From NCBI GenBank assembly GCA_041559075.1, contig JBFFEB010000009.1:1450-65449 (forward strand): 64,000 nucleotides of DNA, written 5' to 3'. Source of the stretch: Woeseiaceae bacterium. Lineage in GTDB: Bacteria; Pseudomonadota; Gammaproteobacteria; Steroidobacterales; Woeseiaceae. Shown one piece after another: positions 7,593 to 19,015 of the stretch (position 1 is its first letter; each line of letters opens with the position of its first letter). A program made the translations under genes and the position numbers. The notes beneath the pieces were generated by a model, which was given only the letters and a program-made list of their open reading frames with translations, had not been told where the DNA came from and did no database searches.

Positions 7593-9011
7593 GTGACCTT
7601 ATCGATCCCCGATTTTTCCGAGACACGCGTGGTCGTCGCCGGCGACGTCATGCTGGACCAGTACCTGTTCGGCGCGACGAGCCGAATATCGCCAGAGGCG
7701 CCCGTGCCCGTCGTGCATGTGCAAAAGACGGACGACCGGCCGGGAGGCGCAGCGAACGTTGCCGTGAACCTGGCGTCGCTCGGCGTGAGTACCCGCCTCA
7801 TCGGTGCGGTAGGTAACGATGCGGCGGCGGACTCCCTGGAGACCCTGCTGACCGAGCACGGCATCGACTGCGATTTCGCCCGGGTTGGCGATCGCCCGAC
7901 AATCACCAAGACGCGAGTGCAGAGCCGGGGTCAGCAGTTGATCCGGCTCGACCAGGAGAATCCCGCCGAACTCCGGGACAGCACCCTGGTCGACACGCTC
8001 GCCCGGACCGTTGCCGGCGCCGGTGCCGTTGTTCTTTCCGACTATGGCAAGGGTGCACTAACCGATGTGAGGAAGATGATCGCGCTGTGTCGCGAATCGG
8101 GCGTGCCGGTGCTGGTCGACCCCAAAGGTCGAGATTTCGAAAAATACCGCGGGGCGACGCTGCTGACCCCGAACCAGGGGGAGTTCGAAGCCGTGGCGGG
8201 GCACTGCAGCAGCGATGCAGATCTGACGGAACGCGGCTGGCAGATGGTCGAGGATCTCGAACTGACCGCGTTGCTGGTCACGCGCAGCGAGAAAGGCATG
8301 ATGCTGCTGGAGACCGGCAATGAGCCGCTGTTTCTCTCGACCCAGGCACGCGAGGTCTACGATGTCACTGGCGCCGGCGACACCGTCATTGCCACGCTCG
8401 CGGGGGCACTGGCCAGCGGTCAGTCGCTTGCATCGGCGGCGGCGCTGGCGAACATCGCCGCGGGTCTCGTGGTTCGCAAGATCGGCGTTGCAACAGTGAC
8501 GCCGGGCGAAATTCAGGTCGCACTGCACCAGCGCGGTCAGGGTGGGCGCGGCCTGGTTTCGCGGGACGAACTCCTGGTTCTTGTGGGCGAGGCGCGCGCG
8601 CGTAACGAGCGCATCGTCATGACAAACGGCTGCTTCGATATCCTGCACGCCGGTCATGTGGCCTATCTCGAGGAAGCGAAAAGCCTTGGCGACCGACTGA
8701 TCGTTGCGGTCAACGACGACGACTCGGTCCGGCGCCTAAAGGGCGATTCGCGGCCGATTAACGCCCTCGAAGATCGCATGCTGGTACTGGCCGGTCTCGC
8801 GGCAGTCGACTGGGTAGTGCCGTTTGCGGACGACACACCTGCCGGATTGATCGCGGCCGTGCTGCCCGACGTACTCGTCAAGGGCGGTGACTACCGACCC
8901 GAGGAGATCGCGGGCGGCAGGGAAGTTCTGCAAAACGGGGGCGAGGTGCGAGTGCTCAGTTTTCGCGATGGTCATTCCACCAGCCGCATCATCGATAAGC
9001 TCGGCGGCTGA
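7593..9011 (+). CDS. hldE: bifunctional D-beta-D-heptose 7-phosphate kinase / D-beta-D-heptose 1-phosphate adenylyltransferase
   Basis: 472 aa, GTG start. The N-terminal ribokinase-like half has VVVAGDVMLDQY, GGAANVA and DVTGAGDTV. The C-terminal cytidylyltransferase half has TNGCFDILHAGHVAYLEEAK. Confidence 0.93.
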   Translation: MTLSIPDFSETRVVVAGDVMLDQYLFGATSRISPEAPVPVVHVQKTDDRPGGAANVAVNLASLGVSTRLIGAVGNDAAADSLETLLTEHGIDCDFARVGDRPTITKTRVQSRGQQLIRLDQENPAELRDSTLVDTLARTVAGAGAVVLSDYGKGALTDVRKMIALCRESGVPVLVDPKGRDFEKYRGATLLTPNQGEFEAVAGHCSSDADLTERGWQMVEDLELTALLVTRSEKGMMLLETGNEPLFLSTQAREVYDVTGAGDTVIATLAGALASGQSLASAAALANIAAGLVVRKIGVATVTPGEIQVALHQRGQGGRGLVSRDELLVLVGEARARNERIVMTNGCFDILHAGHVAYLEEAKSLGDRLIVAVNDDDSVRRLKGDSRPINALEDRMLVLAGLAAVDWVVPFADDTPAGLIAAVLPDVLVKGGDYRPEEIAGGREVLQNGGEVRVLSFRDGHSTSRIIDKLGG

Positions 9012-9037
9012 ACGCGCCTGCGCTTTGCGAGTAACGC

Positions 9038-10297
9038 GTGCGCATACTTTATAACCTGCTGACTTACCTGCTTTACCTGCCGTATGTCGGCTATTGGCTG
9101 ATCCGCGGCCTGACCAACCGCGCATACCTGCACCGCTTGGGCGAACGCCTCGGCATCGGCTATCCTCGGCTCGAAAGGTGTATCTGGGTTCACGCAGTTT
9201 CTGTGGGCGAAGTCGTGGCCGCGGTGCCGCTCATCCGCGCGCTGAGCAACCGCTATCCCGACCGGCCATTGCTCGTGACCACGGTGACGCCGACAGGAGC
9301 GGCGCGCGTTGACGCGCTGTTCGGCGACCAGGTCAGCCATACCTACATTCCCTTCGAAACCCCGCCGATGGTCAATCGATTCTTCGCAGCCACGAACCCG
9401 GAGGTCGCGCTGGTGCTGGAAACGGAGATCTGGCCAAACCTGTACCGGGGTTGCGGTGTGCGCGGCATCCCGCTGGTGCTGGTGAGTGCCCGAATTTCGC
9501 CGAAATCCGTGCGCAGCTACCGGCGTCTGTTACCGTTGTTTCGAGAGACCCTGTCGCACGGTATCGTCATCGCCGCGCAGAGCGATGCCGACGCGGAGCG
9601 ATTCCTGTCGCTGGGCGCGGCGCCCGAGCGCACACGGGTCACCGGAAACATCAAATTCGACGTGGAGCTGGCCGTCGATCTCACGTTGCATGGCCGGGAA
9701 CTGCGCAGCAAACTTTTCGGCGACCGCCCGGTCTGGATTGCGGCAAGCACGCATGAAGGAGAAGAAGAACTCGTGCTCGAGGCGCACCGGATACTGCTTG
9801 AGCAGCATCCCGATCTGCTGCTCGTGCTGGTGCCGCGTCATCCGCAGCGTTTCCAGGGCGTACGAGAGCTGGCGGAGAAGCTGCGCATGAGTGTGGTCGC
9901 GCGCACCGACGACGTGCCATGCGATGCAGCCACCCAGGTTTTTCTCGGCGATACGATGGGTGAACTGACGCTTTTCTATGCGGCTGCCGACGTCGCTTTC
10001 GTAGGTGGCAGCCTGGTGCCCGTCGGCGGGCACAACCTGCTGGAGCCTGCGGCGCTCGGGCTACCGTTGCTGAGCGGTCCGTATGTGTTCAATGCCCAGG
10101 AAATCGCCGACATGTTCGTTGCCAGGCACGCGTGCAAGATCGTGAACGACCCGACCGAACTGGCCGACGAGGTGGCCCGCCTGCTGTCGGATGCAGCGAC
10201 CGCATCTCGCCTGGGTGATGCGGGACGCGACATTCTCGAACGCAACCGGGGCGCGCTGGCACGCCTGATGGCGATGATCGAGCCCCTGCTGGACTGA
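9038..10297 (+). CDS. waaA: 3-deoxy-D-manno-octulosonic acid (Kdo) transferase
   Basis: 419 aa, GTG start. N-terminal membrane anchor MRILYNLLTYLLYLPY. IWVHAVSVGEV and the GGSLVPVGGHNLLEPAALG motif are typical of WaaA/KdtA. Confidence 0.92.
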   Translation: MRILYNLLTYLLYLPYVGYWLIRGLTNRAYLHRLGERLGIGYPRLERCIWVHAVSVGEVVAAVPLIRALSNRYPDRPLLVTTVTPTGAARVDALFGDQVSHTYIPFETPPMVNRFFAATNPEVALVLETEIWPNLYRGCGVRGIPLVLVSARISPKSVRSYRRLLPLFRETLSHGIVIAAQSDADAERFLSLGAAPERTRVTGNIKFDVELAVDLTLHGRELRSKLFGDRPVWIAASTHEGEEELVLEAHRILLEQHPDLLLVLVPRHPQRFQGVRELAEKLRMSVVARTDDVPCDAATQVFLGDTMGELTLFYAAADVAFVGGSLVPVGGHNLLEPAALGLPLLSGPYVFNAQEIADMFVARHACKIVNDPTELADEVARLLSDAATASRLGDAGRDILERNRGALARLMAMIEPLLD

Positions 10298-10316
10298 GCA
10301 GCGATTGCCCGGCCGT

Positions 10317-11777
10317 TTATTCCGTTTCCTGGCTGGCTTCCTCCACGAACTGCTCTTCCGGCGGCTTACGTGCGACCAGGAACGGCTCGAGGGTTTCGAG
10401 GTCCTGGACCTGCAGAGTCCCGGCTGCCTGCTTGAGCCGCATGACGTTCAAGAGATAGTCGTAGCGCGCCTGGTAATAATTGGTGATCGACTGGTAAAGG
10501 TTACGCTGCGACAGCAACACGTCCACGATGGTGCGCGTGCCGACGTCGAAACCCGCCTGGGTGGCATCGAGCGCGGTGCGGGCTGACGCCACGGCCTGTT
10601 GCAGCGCTTGCACGCGGCTGATCTCGGCCAGGACACCGAGGTAGGAATCACGGGTCTGCCGGTCCGTTTCGCGCGTGACGCGCTGCAGTTGCTCGCGCGA
10701 CGCGCGATGGAGGTAGATGGCTTCCTTGACGCGCGACGAGGTCGTGCCGCCGGAAAAGATCGGCAGGGTGAACTGGATGCCGATGCTGTCTCTGTCGAAG
10801 TTGCTGTCGGCGGGGAGGGCACCAAAGCCGTTGAAGTTGTCCTGGTCCTGCTCGGAATCCGTCGCACCGATATTGGCGACGAGATCGACGGTCGGGTAGT
10901 GGCCATTGCGGCGGAAGGAGATTTCATCGCGAGCGAGGGCTTCGTCAAGCCGGCTCGAGACCAGGGCCAGATTCTGGCTCATTGCGAGGTCGAGCCACGC
11001 CTGTTCGCTTGCCGGGTCCGGGCTTTTCAAAGGCAGGTTTTCCGCGGGCGCCGCGAGTTCCCGGACATAGGAACCCGTTATCTCGCTGAGCAGGTAGCGT
11101 GCCGTCGCGAGCGAACGCTTCGCCGCGATTTCGTTCGCGACCGCCTGGTCGTACGCGGCCTGCGATTCCTGGACGTCGGTGATCGCGATCAGCCCGACCT
11201 CGAAGCGCTGCTTGGCCTGTTCCAACTGGCGGGCGATCGCGTTGCGGTCCGCGTGGATTGCAAGCAACCGGTCCTCGGCGCCGAGCACGTTGAAATAGGC
11301 TTGGGTCACGCGGACGATCAGGTCCTGCTGTGCCGCCTCACGATCGGCTTCGGCCCTGGCCACAACCTTGTCCGCCTGCCTGAGGCCCACGATCTGGTCC
11401 CAGCGAAACAGCGTCTGGCGCAGGTTGAAACTCCAGCGTGTGGTCTCGTCGCTGACCTCGGTCTGGAACGAGAACGGCACCACGACGAAGTTACCCGACC
11501 CCTCCGGCTGTTCGATGACCGTGTTCTGCACGCCTGAACCCTCGGACTCGGTCCTGGTCCAGTCGGCGTTGAAGCCGACCTGCGGCAGCAGCAGACCGCG
11601 CGCCTGCGGTTCTGCCTCCAACGCCGCCAGTCGGCGCGCCTCGGCTTCATGAATTCGCGGGTCGCTCTGCAGCGCCTGCTGGTAAATCTCCAGCAGCGTG
11701 GCCGCCTGGGCCGGTACGGATGCGGTGAGCAACGTGGCAGTGATCAGTAAAGGCCTGAAAATCTTTGTTTTTTGCAT
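10317..11777 (-). CDS. tolC: TolC-family outer membrane efflux/type I secretion channel
   Basis: ORF 10317..11792. The ATG at 11777 gives the signal peptide MQKTKIFRPLLITATLLTASVPAQA|ATLLEIYQQAL. The repeated alpha/beta TolC architecture is present (two halves each with a ...L.AEDRL... / ...Y.A.YDYL... pattern). A GTG at 11792 is an alternative start. Confidence 0.9.
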   Translation of the reverse strand: MQKTKIFRPLLITATLLTASVPAQAATLLEIYQQALQSDPRIHEAEARRLAALEAEPQARGLLLPQVGFNADWTRTESEGSGVQNTVIEQPEGSGNFVVVPFSFQTEVSDETTRWSFNLRQTLFRWDQIVGLRQADKVVARAEADREAAQQDLIVRVTQAYFNVLGAEDRLLAIHADRNAIARQLEQAKQRFEVGLIAITDVQESQAAYDQAVANEIAAKRSLATARYLLSEITGSYVRELAAPAENLPLKSPDPASEQAWLDLAMSQNLALVSSRLDEALARDEISFRRNGHYPTVDLVANIGATDSEQDQDNFNGFGALPADSNFDRDSIGIQFTLPIFSGGTTSSRVKEAIYLHRASREQLQRVTRETDRQTRDSYLGVLAEISRVQALQQAVASARTALDATQAGFDVGTRTIVDVLLSQRNLYQSITNYYQARYDYLLNVMRLKQAAGTLQVQDLETLEPFLVARKPPEEQFVEEASQETE

Positions 11778-11822
11778 TCGTCTGTATTCCACGAGGTCCG
11801 GGGCTGGGGGCGCCGAGTCAAA

Positions 11823-11844
11823 GTGTTATAGTATACTACATCAC
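11823..11844. promoter_or_regulatory. 22-bp near-palindrome (operator candidate) overlapping a possible tolC promoter
   Basis: GTGTTATAGTATACTACATCAC has 18 of 22 positions self-complementary around the core TAGTATACTA. On the minus strand, TTGCCC-N17-TAGTAT could serve as -35/-10, with the palindrome covering the -10. Confidence 0.35.
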
Positions 11845-11993
11845 TAAATCAGTTAGGGCAATCAATCCATGTTTCCACGTTTTCGGACGACCGCGGATTG
11901 TCGAAGTTCGCCTGATCGATCCGCCGCTGTCGCTACATCATAGATGCAGCATACGCTGAAGTGGTTTCTTCCGGGTGCAAATCATTGCCGCTG

Positions 11994-12644
11994 TCAGAAG
12001 ACGAACTGCGGGGGCAACGTGCCATGCACGAGGGGGGCCAGCTCCGTCTCGAACAGGGCGTCGCTTTGCCAGTTGGCGCTGCCGCTGCGGCGCACGAGGC
12101 ATGCCTCCATGACCGGCGGTGCGCCGACCACGACGAAGAGGCGGCCGTCAGGGCGCAGGGCAGCGACAAAGCGGGGATCGAAGGTCTCGATCGATCCCGT
12201 CACCGCGATCGCGTCGTAGTGATCGCCGGGCAGTTCGCGGGTCGCGTCCATGGTGTGCAGCACCACGTTGTCGATACCGGCACTTGCGAGTTTGCCTGCT
12301 GCGGAGCGTATGAAATCATCGTGGATATCGATGCTCGTCACGTTTGCAGCCAGTTTTGCAAGGCAGGCGGTCAGGAATCCGCTCCCGGTACCGATCTCGA
12401 GCACGTGGTCGTTCATGTGGAGATCGAGCGCCTGCAGCACGCGGCCTTCTACCGTGGGCGTCATCATGAACTCACCGTGCCCGAGCGGGATTTCCGTGTC
12501 GGCGAATGCCAGAGACCCGTAGGGAACGGGCACGAACGTCTCGCGCGGTACTGCCGACAGTACGGCAAGTACGGAATGATCCAGCACGGCCCACGCCCGC
12601 ACCTGCTGGTCGATCATTTGTTGGCGTGCGAAATCGGTATTCAT
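11994..12644 (-). CDS. protein-L-isoaspartate O-methyltransferase-family (PCMT-like) SAM-dependent methyltransferase
   Basis: 216 aa. The SAM motif I is VLEIGTGSGFLTACLA, and the N-terminus MNTDFARQQMIDQQVRAW...VPRETFVP is typical of Pcm-like proteins. It is co-directional with and upstream of tolC. Confidence 0.8.
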   Translation of the reverse strand: MNTDFARQQMIDQQVRAWAVLDHSVLAVLSAVPRETFVPVPYGSLAFADTEIPLGHGEFMMTPTVEGRVLQALDLHMNDHVLEIGTGSGFLTACLAKLAANVTSIDIHDDFIRSAAGKLASAGIDNVVLHTMDATRELPGDHYDAIAVTGSIETFDPRFVAALRPDGRLFVVVGAPPVMEACLVRRSGSANWQSDALFETELAPLVHGTLPPQFVF

Positions 12645-12925
12645 GCTTTAGTCGCTCAAGAATTTCCCGGTTGCGCTACAACACCTTGCCACCGATTATG
12701 GTGAATCAAGGCAGTCGGCCTCGGCCACTGGGATATGCTTACAGATGCCTTATTTTAAGGCGCTTCCAACCTCGTGGTCGCACCGGCGACGACAAGGTTC
12801 GAGAGACTAATAATAACAAATGATCACTGAGCGGCATCACATTTGGCACAACCCGATTGCGTCTGCATTCGCGCTGCGGTTGAATCGTGCGGCAGTGGCC
12901 CCGAGCGCCAGTACCGGAGCCTGAT

Positions 12926-15253
12926 ATGGAGTCCGTGACGCTCATCGAGGTCGTGCTGGGGTTCCTGCTGCTGACGGTAACCGTTGGGCTCATCGCTGTA
13001 GCGGTCGCGCGGCAGCGGCTAAAAAGACGAATCCGGAGGCTCTGCAAGGAACTGGTTGAAGTGGCGGGCGATGCTTCGGTCGGTCACCGCCTGAGTGTGG
13101 ACGGCAACCGCGATTTGGCGGATCTGGCCATTACCATCAATCGGCTGTTCGACGCCCTGGGTGAGCGTGACCAGATGATCCAGGATCGGGACCGGTTGTT
13201 CCGCGACTTCGCGCGAACGCTGCCGGAAATCGTGCTCATTCACAACGCGAAAATCCTTTTGGCGAACGACTCGGCGGCGTCTCTGGTGGGGCTGGAGCCC
13301 GCGCAACTTGTGGGCCGGGATGTCGTAGACCTCGTCAAACCCGCCTACCGGGCCTTGTTCCGCAAGTCTGTGACGCGCCATCTCGAGGGTCAGGAGGCGC
13401 CCCGGCGGTTTGAAATACAGCTCATCAATGGCGGGCGGGCCGGGCTCTGGGTTGAAGCGCAAACGTCGAAGATCGAGTTTCACGGGCGGCCCGCGATTCT
13501 GACTGTGGCTCGCGATGTGAGCCATCGGAAGAGCCTCGAGGTTTCCCTGTCGCGCAGCAAGCGCGCGGCGCAATACACCCTCGAGTCCATCGGCGAAGGC
13601 ATCATCACCACCGATAATGACGGTCATATCGACTATATGAACCGCGCTGCGGAGACGCTGATCGGCACCAGCCGGGACGATGCCGCAGGCCATAAGGTCG
13701 GCGAACTCTTCACCCTCGTCGACGATTCCGACCGGCGTCCGCTCGGAGATCCGGTCGAGCGATGCCTCGCGATGCGCCGCCGGGTCAACATGGGACGACG
13801 CGCGGTCATGGTTATCCAGGATGCCGAGGACGAGCATTCGGTCGAGCTGTCGGCATCGCCCATCCGCGGTCCGGGTGAGAGCATTTCGGGTTCCGTCGTC
13901 GTCTTCCACGACGTCGGGGAATTGCGAGGCCTGACGCGCAAGATGAGCTACCAGGCTACTCACGACCCACTGACCGGTCTGGTCAACCGCCGCGAATTCG
14001 AACGCCGCTTGGACGAGGCGATGGATTCGGCACATGCCGAAGAAGCGGTGCACATGCTGTTCTACATGGACCTGGATCGCTTCAAGGCAGTGAACGACAG
14101 TTGCGGCCATCTTGCGGGGGACAACATGCTCCGCGAGGTCGCGAAGCTCATCAAGAACCAGGTGCGCGACTCGGACTACGTGGGAAGGCTCGGCGGCGAC
14201 GAGTTCGGTGCGCTGCTGATCGGTTGTCCAATCGACAAGGCGCGGCAGATCGCGATGGATATGTGCAATGCAGTCGCCGACTACCGTTTCGTGTGGAAGG
14301 ACAAGATCTTCAATATCGGGATATCCATCGGCCTCGTCGAGATAAGCCATGTCAGCGGCACCGTCCAGGACGTGATGAGTGCGGCAGATTCGGCATGCTA
14401 CGTCGCCAAGCAGGAAGGGCGCGGCAAGGTCCATATCTATTCTGCGCGGGATGAGGCCGTAGCCAGGGAGCGAGGCGATATCCGCTGGCTGCAAGAACTT
14501 CAGACCGCACTGCACGACGATTCCTTCGAGCTCGCGGTGCAACCGATCATTGCCATGTCTCGCGGCGCCGACTCCGGTCCGGTCGTGGAAGTGCTTATCA
14601 GGCTGCCGGGTCGCGGCAGCGAGTCCGATACCGCGGACTTCCTGCGTCCCGCGCAGCGGTACCAGCTTATGCCGCAGATCGATCGCTGGGTCGTCAATGC
14701 AACGCTGACCGCGATCGCGAGCGGGGAATTGAAGGTCGCCGGCCGCCGCAGCTGCGCCATCAATCTCTCCGGTCAGACCATCGCAGACGATGCGTTCCTG
14801 GGGTTCGTGGTGGACGCGCTCGATCGGACCGGCGTCGCGCCGTCGATGATCTGTTTCGAAGTCACGGAGAGGGCCATCCTGGAAAACGTGAAGCAGGCGC
14901 AGCGTTTCATCGAGGTATTGCACGGTATAGGCTGCGAGTTCTCATTGGACGACTTTGGAAGCGGCATGGGCTCGTTCTCTAGTCTCAAGCATCTGCCGAT
15001 CGACTACCTGAAGATAGACGGCAAGTACACGCACAACGTGCAGACCGACGAGGTGAACCAGGAGATGGTAGCGGCGATGATCAAACTGGCCCGTGCCATG
15101 GAGTTCCGTGTCGTTGCGGAGCAGGTCGAACGGCAGGAGGACTTCGACTGGCTGCGGGATGTCGGCGTTGACTACGTGCAGGGTTACTTCGTCGACCGGC
15201 CCGAGATCCTGGGAGCGGCGCGCGCGGGTGCGTATCGCAAGCTCAACCTGTAG
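12926..15253 (+). CDS. membrane-anchored HAMP/PAS-PAS-GGDEF-EAL signalling protein (c-di-GMP turnover)
   Basis: ORF 12887..15253 trimmed to MESVTLIEVVLGFLLLTVTVGLIAVAV (one TM helix). The GGDEF site RLGGDEFGAL is intact. The EAL domain has VVEVLIRLP (EVL variant), EVTERA, DDFGSG, KIDG, AEQVE and QGY. Confidence 0.9.
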   Translation: MESVTLIEVVLGFLLLTVTVGLIAVAVARQRLKRRIRRLCKELVEVAGDASVGHRLSVDGNRDLADLAITINRLFDALGERDQMIQDRDRLFRDFARTLPEIVLIHNAKILLANDSAASLVGLEPAQLVGRDVVDLVKPAYRALFRKSVTRHLEGQEAPRRFEIQLINGGRAGLWVEAQTSKIEFHGRPAILTVARDVSHRKSLEVSLSRSKRAAQYTLESIGEGIITTDNDGHIDYMNRAAETLIGTSRDDAAGHKVGELFTLVDDSDRRPLGDPVERCLAMRRRVNMGRRAVMVIQDAEDEHSVELSASPIRGPGESISGSVVVFHDVGELRGLTRKMSYQATHDPLTGLVNRREFERRLDEAMDSAHAEEAVHMLFYMDLDRFKAVNDSCGHLAGDNMLREVAKLIKNQVRDSDYVGRLGGDEFGALLIGCPIDKARQIAMDMCNAVADYRFVWKDKIFNIGISIGLVEISHVSGTVQDVMSAADSACYVAKQEGRGKVHIYSARDEAVARERGDIRWLQELQTALHDDSFELAVQPIIAMSRGADSGPVVEVLIRLPGRGSESDTADFLRPAQRYQLMPQIDRWVVNATLTAIASGELKVAGRRSCAINLSGQTIADDAFLGFVVDALDRTGVAPSMICFEVTERAILENVKQAQRFIEVLHGIGCEFSLDDFGSGMGSFSSLKHLPIDYLKIDGKYTHNVQTDEVNQEMVAAMIKLARAMEFRVVAEQVERQEDFDWLRDVGVDYVQGYFVDRPEILGAARAGAYRKLNL

Positions 15254-15318
15254 AAGCAGTTCTCGAACCACGACCGTCTCGCGGGCCCAGGCCCACTCAT
15301 GCTACGAAGACGTTCCAA

Positions 15319-15355
15319 GAAAAAAGCCGCCCGGCGGTTGCCGGGCGGCTTCTCA
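15319..15355. terminator. bidirectional rho-independent terminator between the convergent GGDEF-EAL gene and hppA
   Basis: AAAAAA-AGCCGCCCGGC-ggtt-GCCGGGCGGCT-TCTCAT: a perfect 11-12 bp GC stem with a tetraloop. The A-run on the plus strand gives the U-run for the minus-strand hppA transcript. Confidence 0.7.
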
Positions 15356-15374
15356 TACTTACTTCCGCCGCCGG

Positions 15375-17417
<2,043 letters not shown>

Positions 17418-17577
17418 TAGATTGTCTCCCGACTCTTTTTAGTTTGCGGATCGAACGAATTCGCCGCCGGCACGCAATGGCGCCGACTTTGTTCTTGTGT
17501 TCGACCGGTTTTGAATGATCTGATCGCGGGCCGCGTTCCCCATAACGCTCGAAGGCCGACCCCCGACCGGGCGCGCA

Positions 17578-18840
17578 TCATACCACAAATTTCGTCTTTA
17601 GCTGCGGTGCAACAGAAACGTTTCTCAGTTCCACGTATTTTGGTAAGCCATTGACGTACGGAGGATAATCCTCACCTCGGATCAGTGGCTGCAGGTAACG
17701 GCGTGCTGCCTCGGTGATACCGAAGCCGTCTTTTGTGATGAATCGTGCCGGCAGCATCTTCTCCTTGTTGGCGACCCGGGATAGCGGCGCTTCGTCGATT
17801 CGCCAGCGATAGGGCTTGTCCGAGATCCGCTTGATGACAGGCATGACCGCGGTCTTGCCTTGCAGGGCGAACTCCACGGCGGCCTTGCCGACCGCGTAGG
17901 CCTGCTTCACATCGGTTGCCGACGCGATGTGTCGCGCCGAGCGCTGCAGGTAGTCCGCTACGGCATAGTGGTATTTGAAGCCCAGGTTGTCGCGAACCAT
18001 CTGGGCGACGACGGGCGCAACGCCGCCGAGCTGCGCATGACCGAATGCGTCCCTGGTGCCCGCCTCGGCGAGAAACTTGCCGTTCTTGTAGCGCGCCCCC
18101 TCGCTGACGACGATGACGCAATAGTCGTAGCGATTCACGCATTCGCGCACTCGCTTCAGGAATGCACGCTTGTTGAAGGGCACCTCGGGGAACAGGATGA
18201 TGTGTGGCGCATCCTCGGGCTTGCTGCCCGCGAGTCCGCCCGCTGCTGCGATCCAGCCGGCATGGCGTCCCATGACCTCGAGAATAAAGACTTTCGTGGA
18301 AGTCTTCGCCATCGACAGCACGTCCAGGGCGGCCTCCCGAGTCGAGACGGCCACGTACTTTGCGACCGACCCGAATCCGGGGCAGTTGTCGGTGACCGGC
18401 AGGTCGTTGTCGACGGTCTTCGGAATCCCGAGGCATTGCACCGGAAAGCCCATCGTTTTGGCAATCTGGGACACCTTGTGCGCGGTGTCCATCGAATCAT
18501 TGCCGCCGTTATAGAAGAAATAGCCGATGTCGTGAGCGCGGAATACTTCGATCAGGCGCTCGTACTCGGCGCGGTTCTGCTCGATGCCTTTGAGCTTGTA
18601 CCGTGCCGAGCCGAATGCCCCTCCCGGGGTATGGCGCAGAGCTGCGATCGTGCTGGCGCGCTCCTTGCTGGTATCGATCATGTCCTCGGTGAGCGCCCCG
18701 ATGATGCCGTTGCGGCCGGCATAGACGTTGGCGATCTGCGTGCGATGTTTCCGGGCTGTCTCGATGACCCCACAGGCCGTGGCGTTGATCACGGCGGTCA
18801 CACCGCCGGACTGGGCATAAAACGCATTTCTTCCGGGCAT
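17578..18840 (-). CDS. pfp: pyrophosphate-dependent 6-phosphofructokinase (PPi-PFK)
   Basis: 420 aa of the PFK-A family, starting MPGRNAFYAQSGGVTAVINA. It has GGNDS (Asp where ATP-PFKs have the GGDG Gly) and IPKTVDNDL (Lys where ATP-PFKs have Gly), the two residues known to specify PPi rather than ATP. Confidence 0.9.
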   Translation of the reverse strand: MPGRNAFYAQSGGVTAVINATACGVIETARKHRTQIANVYAGRNGIIGALTEDMIDTSKERASTIAALRHTPGGAFGSARYKLKGIEQNRAEYERLIEVFRAHDIGYFFYNGGNDSMDTAHKVSQIAKTMGFPVQCLGIPKTVDNDLPVTDNCPGFGSVAKYVAVSTREAALDVLSMAKTSTKVFILEVMGRHAGWIAAAGGLAGSKPEDAPHIILFPEVPFNKRAFLKRVRECVNRYDYCVIVVSEGARYKNGKFLAEAGTRDAFGHAQLGGVAPVVAQMVRDNLGFKYHYAVADYLQRSARHIASATDVKQAYAVGKAAVEFALQGKTAVMPVIKRISDKPYRWRIDEAPLSRVANKEKMLPARFITKDGFGITEAARRYLQPLIRGEDYPPYVNGLPKYVELRNVSVAPQLKTKFVV

Positions 18841-19015
18841 TCTTCGGCTCCCTGTGGCTGGTGTTCTTGAGGCGCAACAGCATAGCGGAAAGCCGCGGAG
18901 GGATCACGAAGTGCTGCCTTAGTCGAATTGACCTCGCACGACGTTGCCGGTAGCGTCGCCAGACAACCGGGGTATCTGCCCGGTTGCCTTCATTGAACCG
19001 TTTCGGGAAAGAAAA

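Noticed and set aside
12844-12860. Sigma-54 promoter-like TGGCAC...TTGC upstream of the GGDEF-EAL gene.
   Set aside because: The GG and GC dinucleotides are separated by 12 nt instead of the strictly required 10 nt, and no enhancer-binding-protein gene is nearby.
13019-14923. Very long antisense ORFs opposite well-supported genes. Examples: 13019..14923(-), 15909..17345(+), 26299..27705(+), 29090..30691(-), 30695..32056(-), 34831..36075(-), 5595..6623(-), 46216..47244(+), 59699..60979(+).
   Set aside because: Each lies entirely antisense to a gene with strong family motifs. Their translations are Arg/Ala/Gly/Pro/His-rich low-complexity strings without recognisable motifs, and they lack ribosome-binding sites. 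Long stop-free antisense frames are expected in DNA with GC-rich third codon positions.
18944-19015. N-terminal extensions proposed by the ORF track for adk (18944), mpl (21223), pgk (32124), pyk (34804), bcp (to 41596), yrbG (to 52046), the DUF839 gene (to 34879), metK (to 28961), ahcY (to 27765), rpoN (to 47346), rsmI (61603), mraZ (63262) and the membrane protein (20246).
   Set aside because: In each case an internal ATG or GTG reproduces the canonical family N-terminus, often with a Shine-Dalgarno sequence. The extension also overlaps the neighbouring gene or intergenic promoter DNA.
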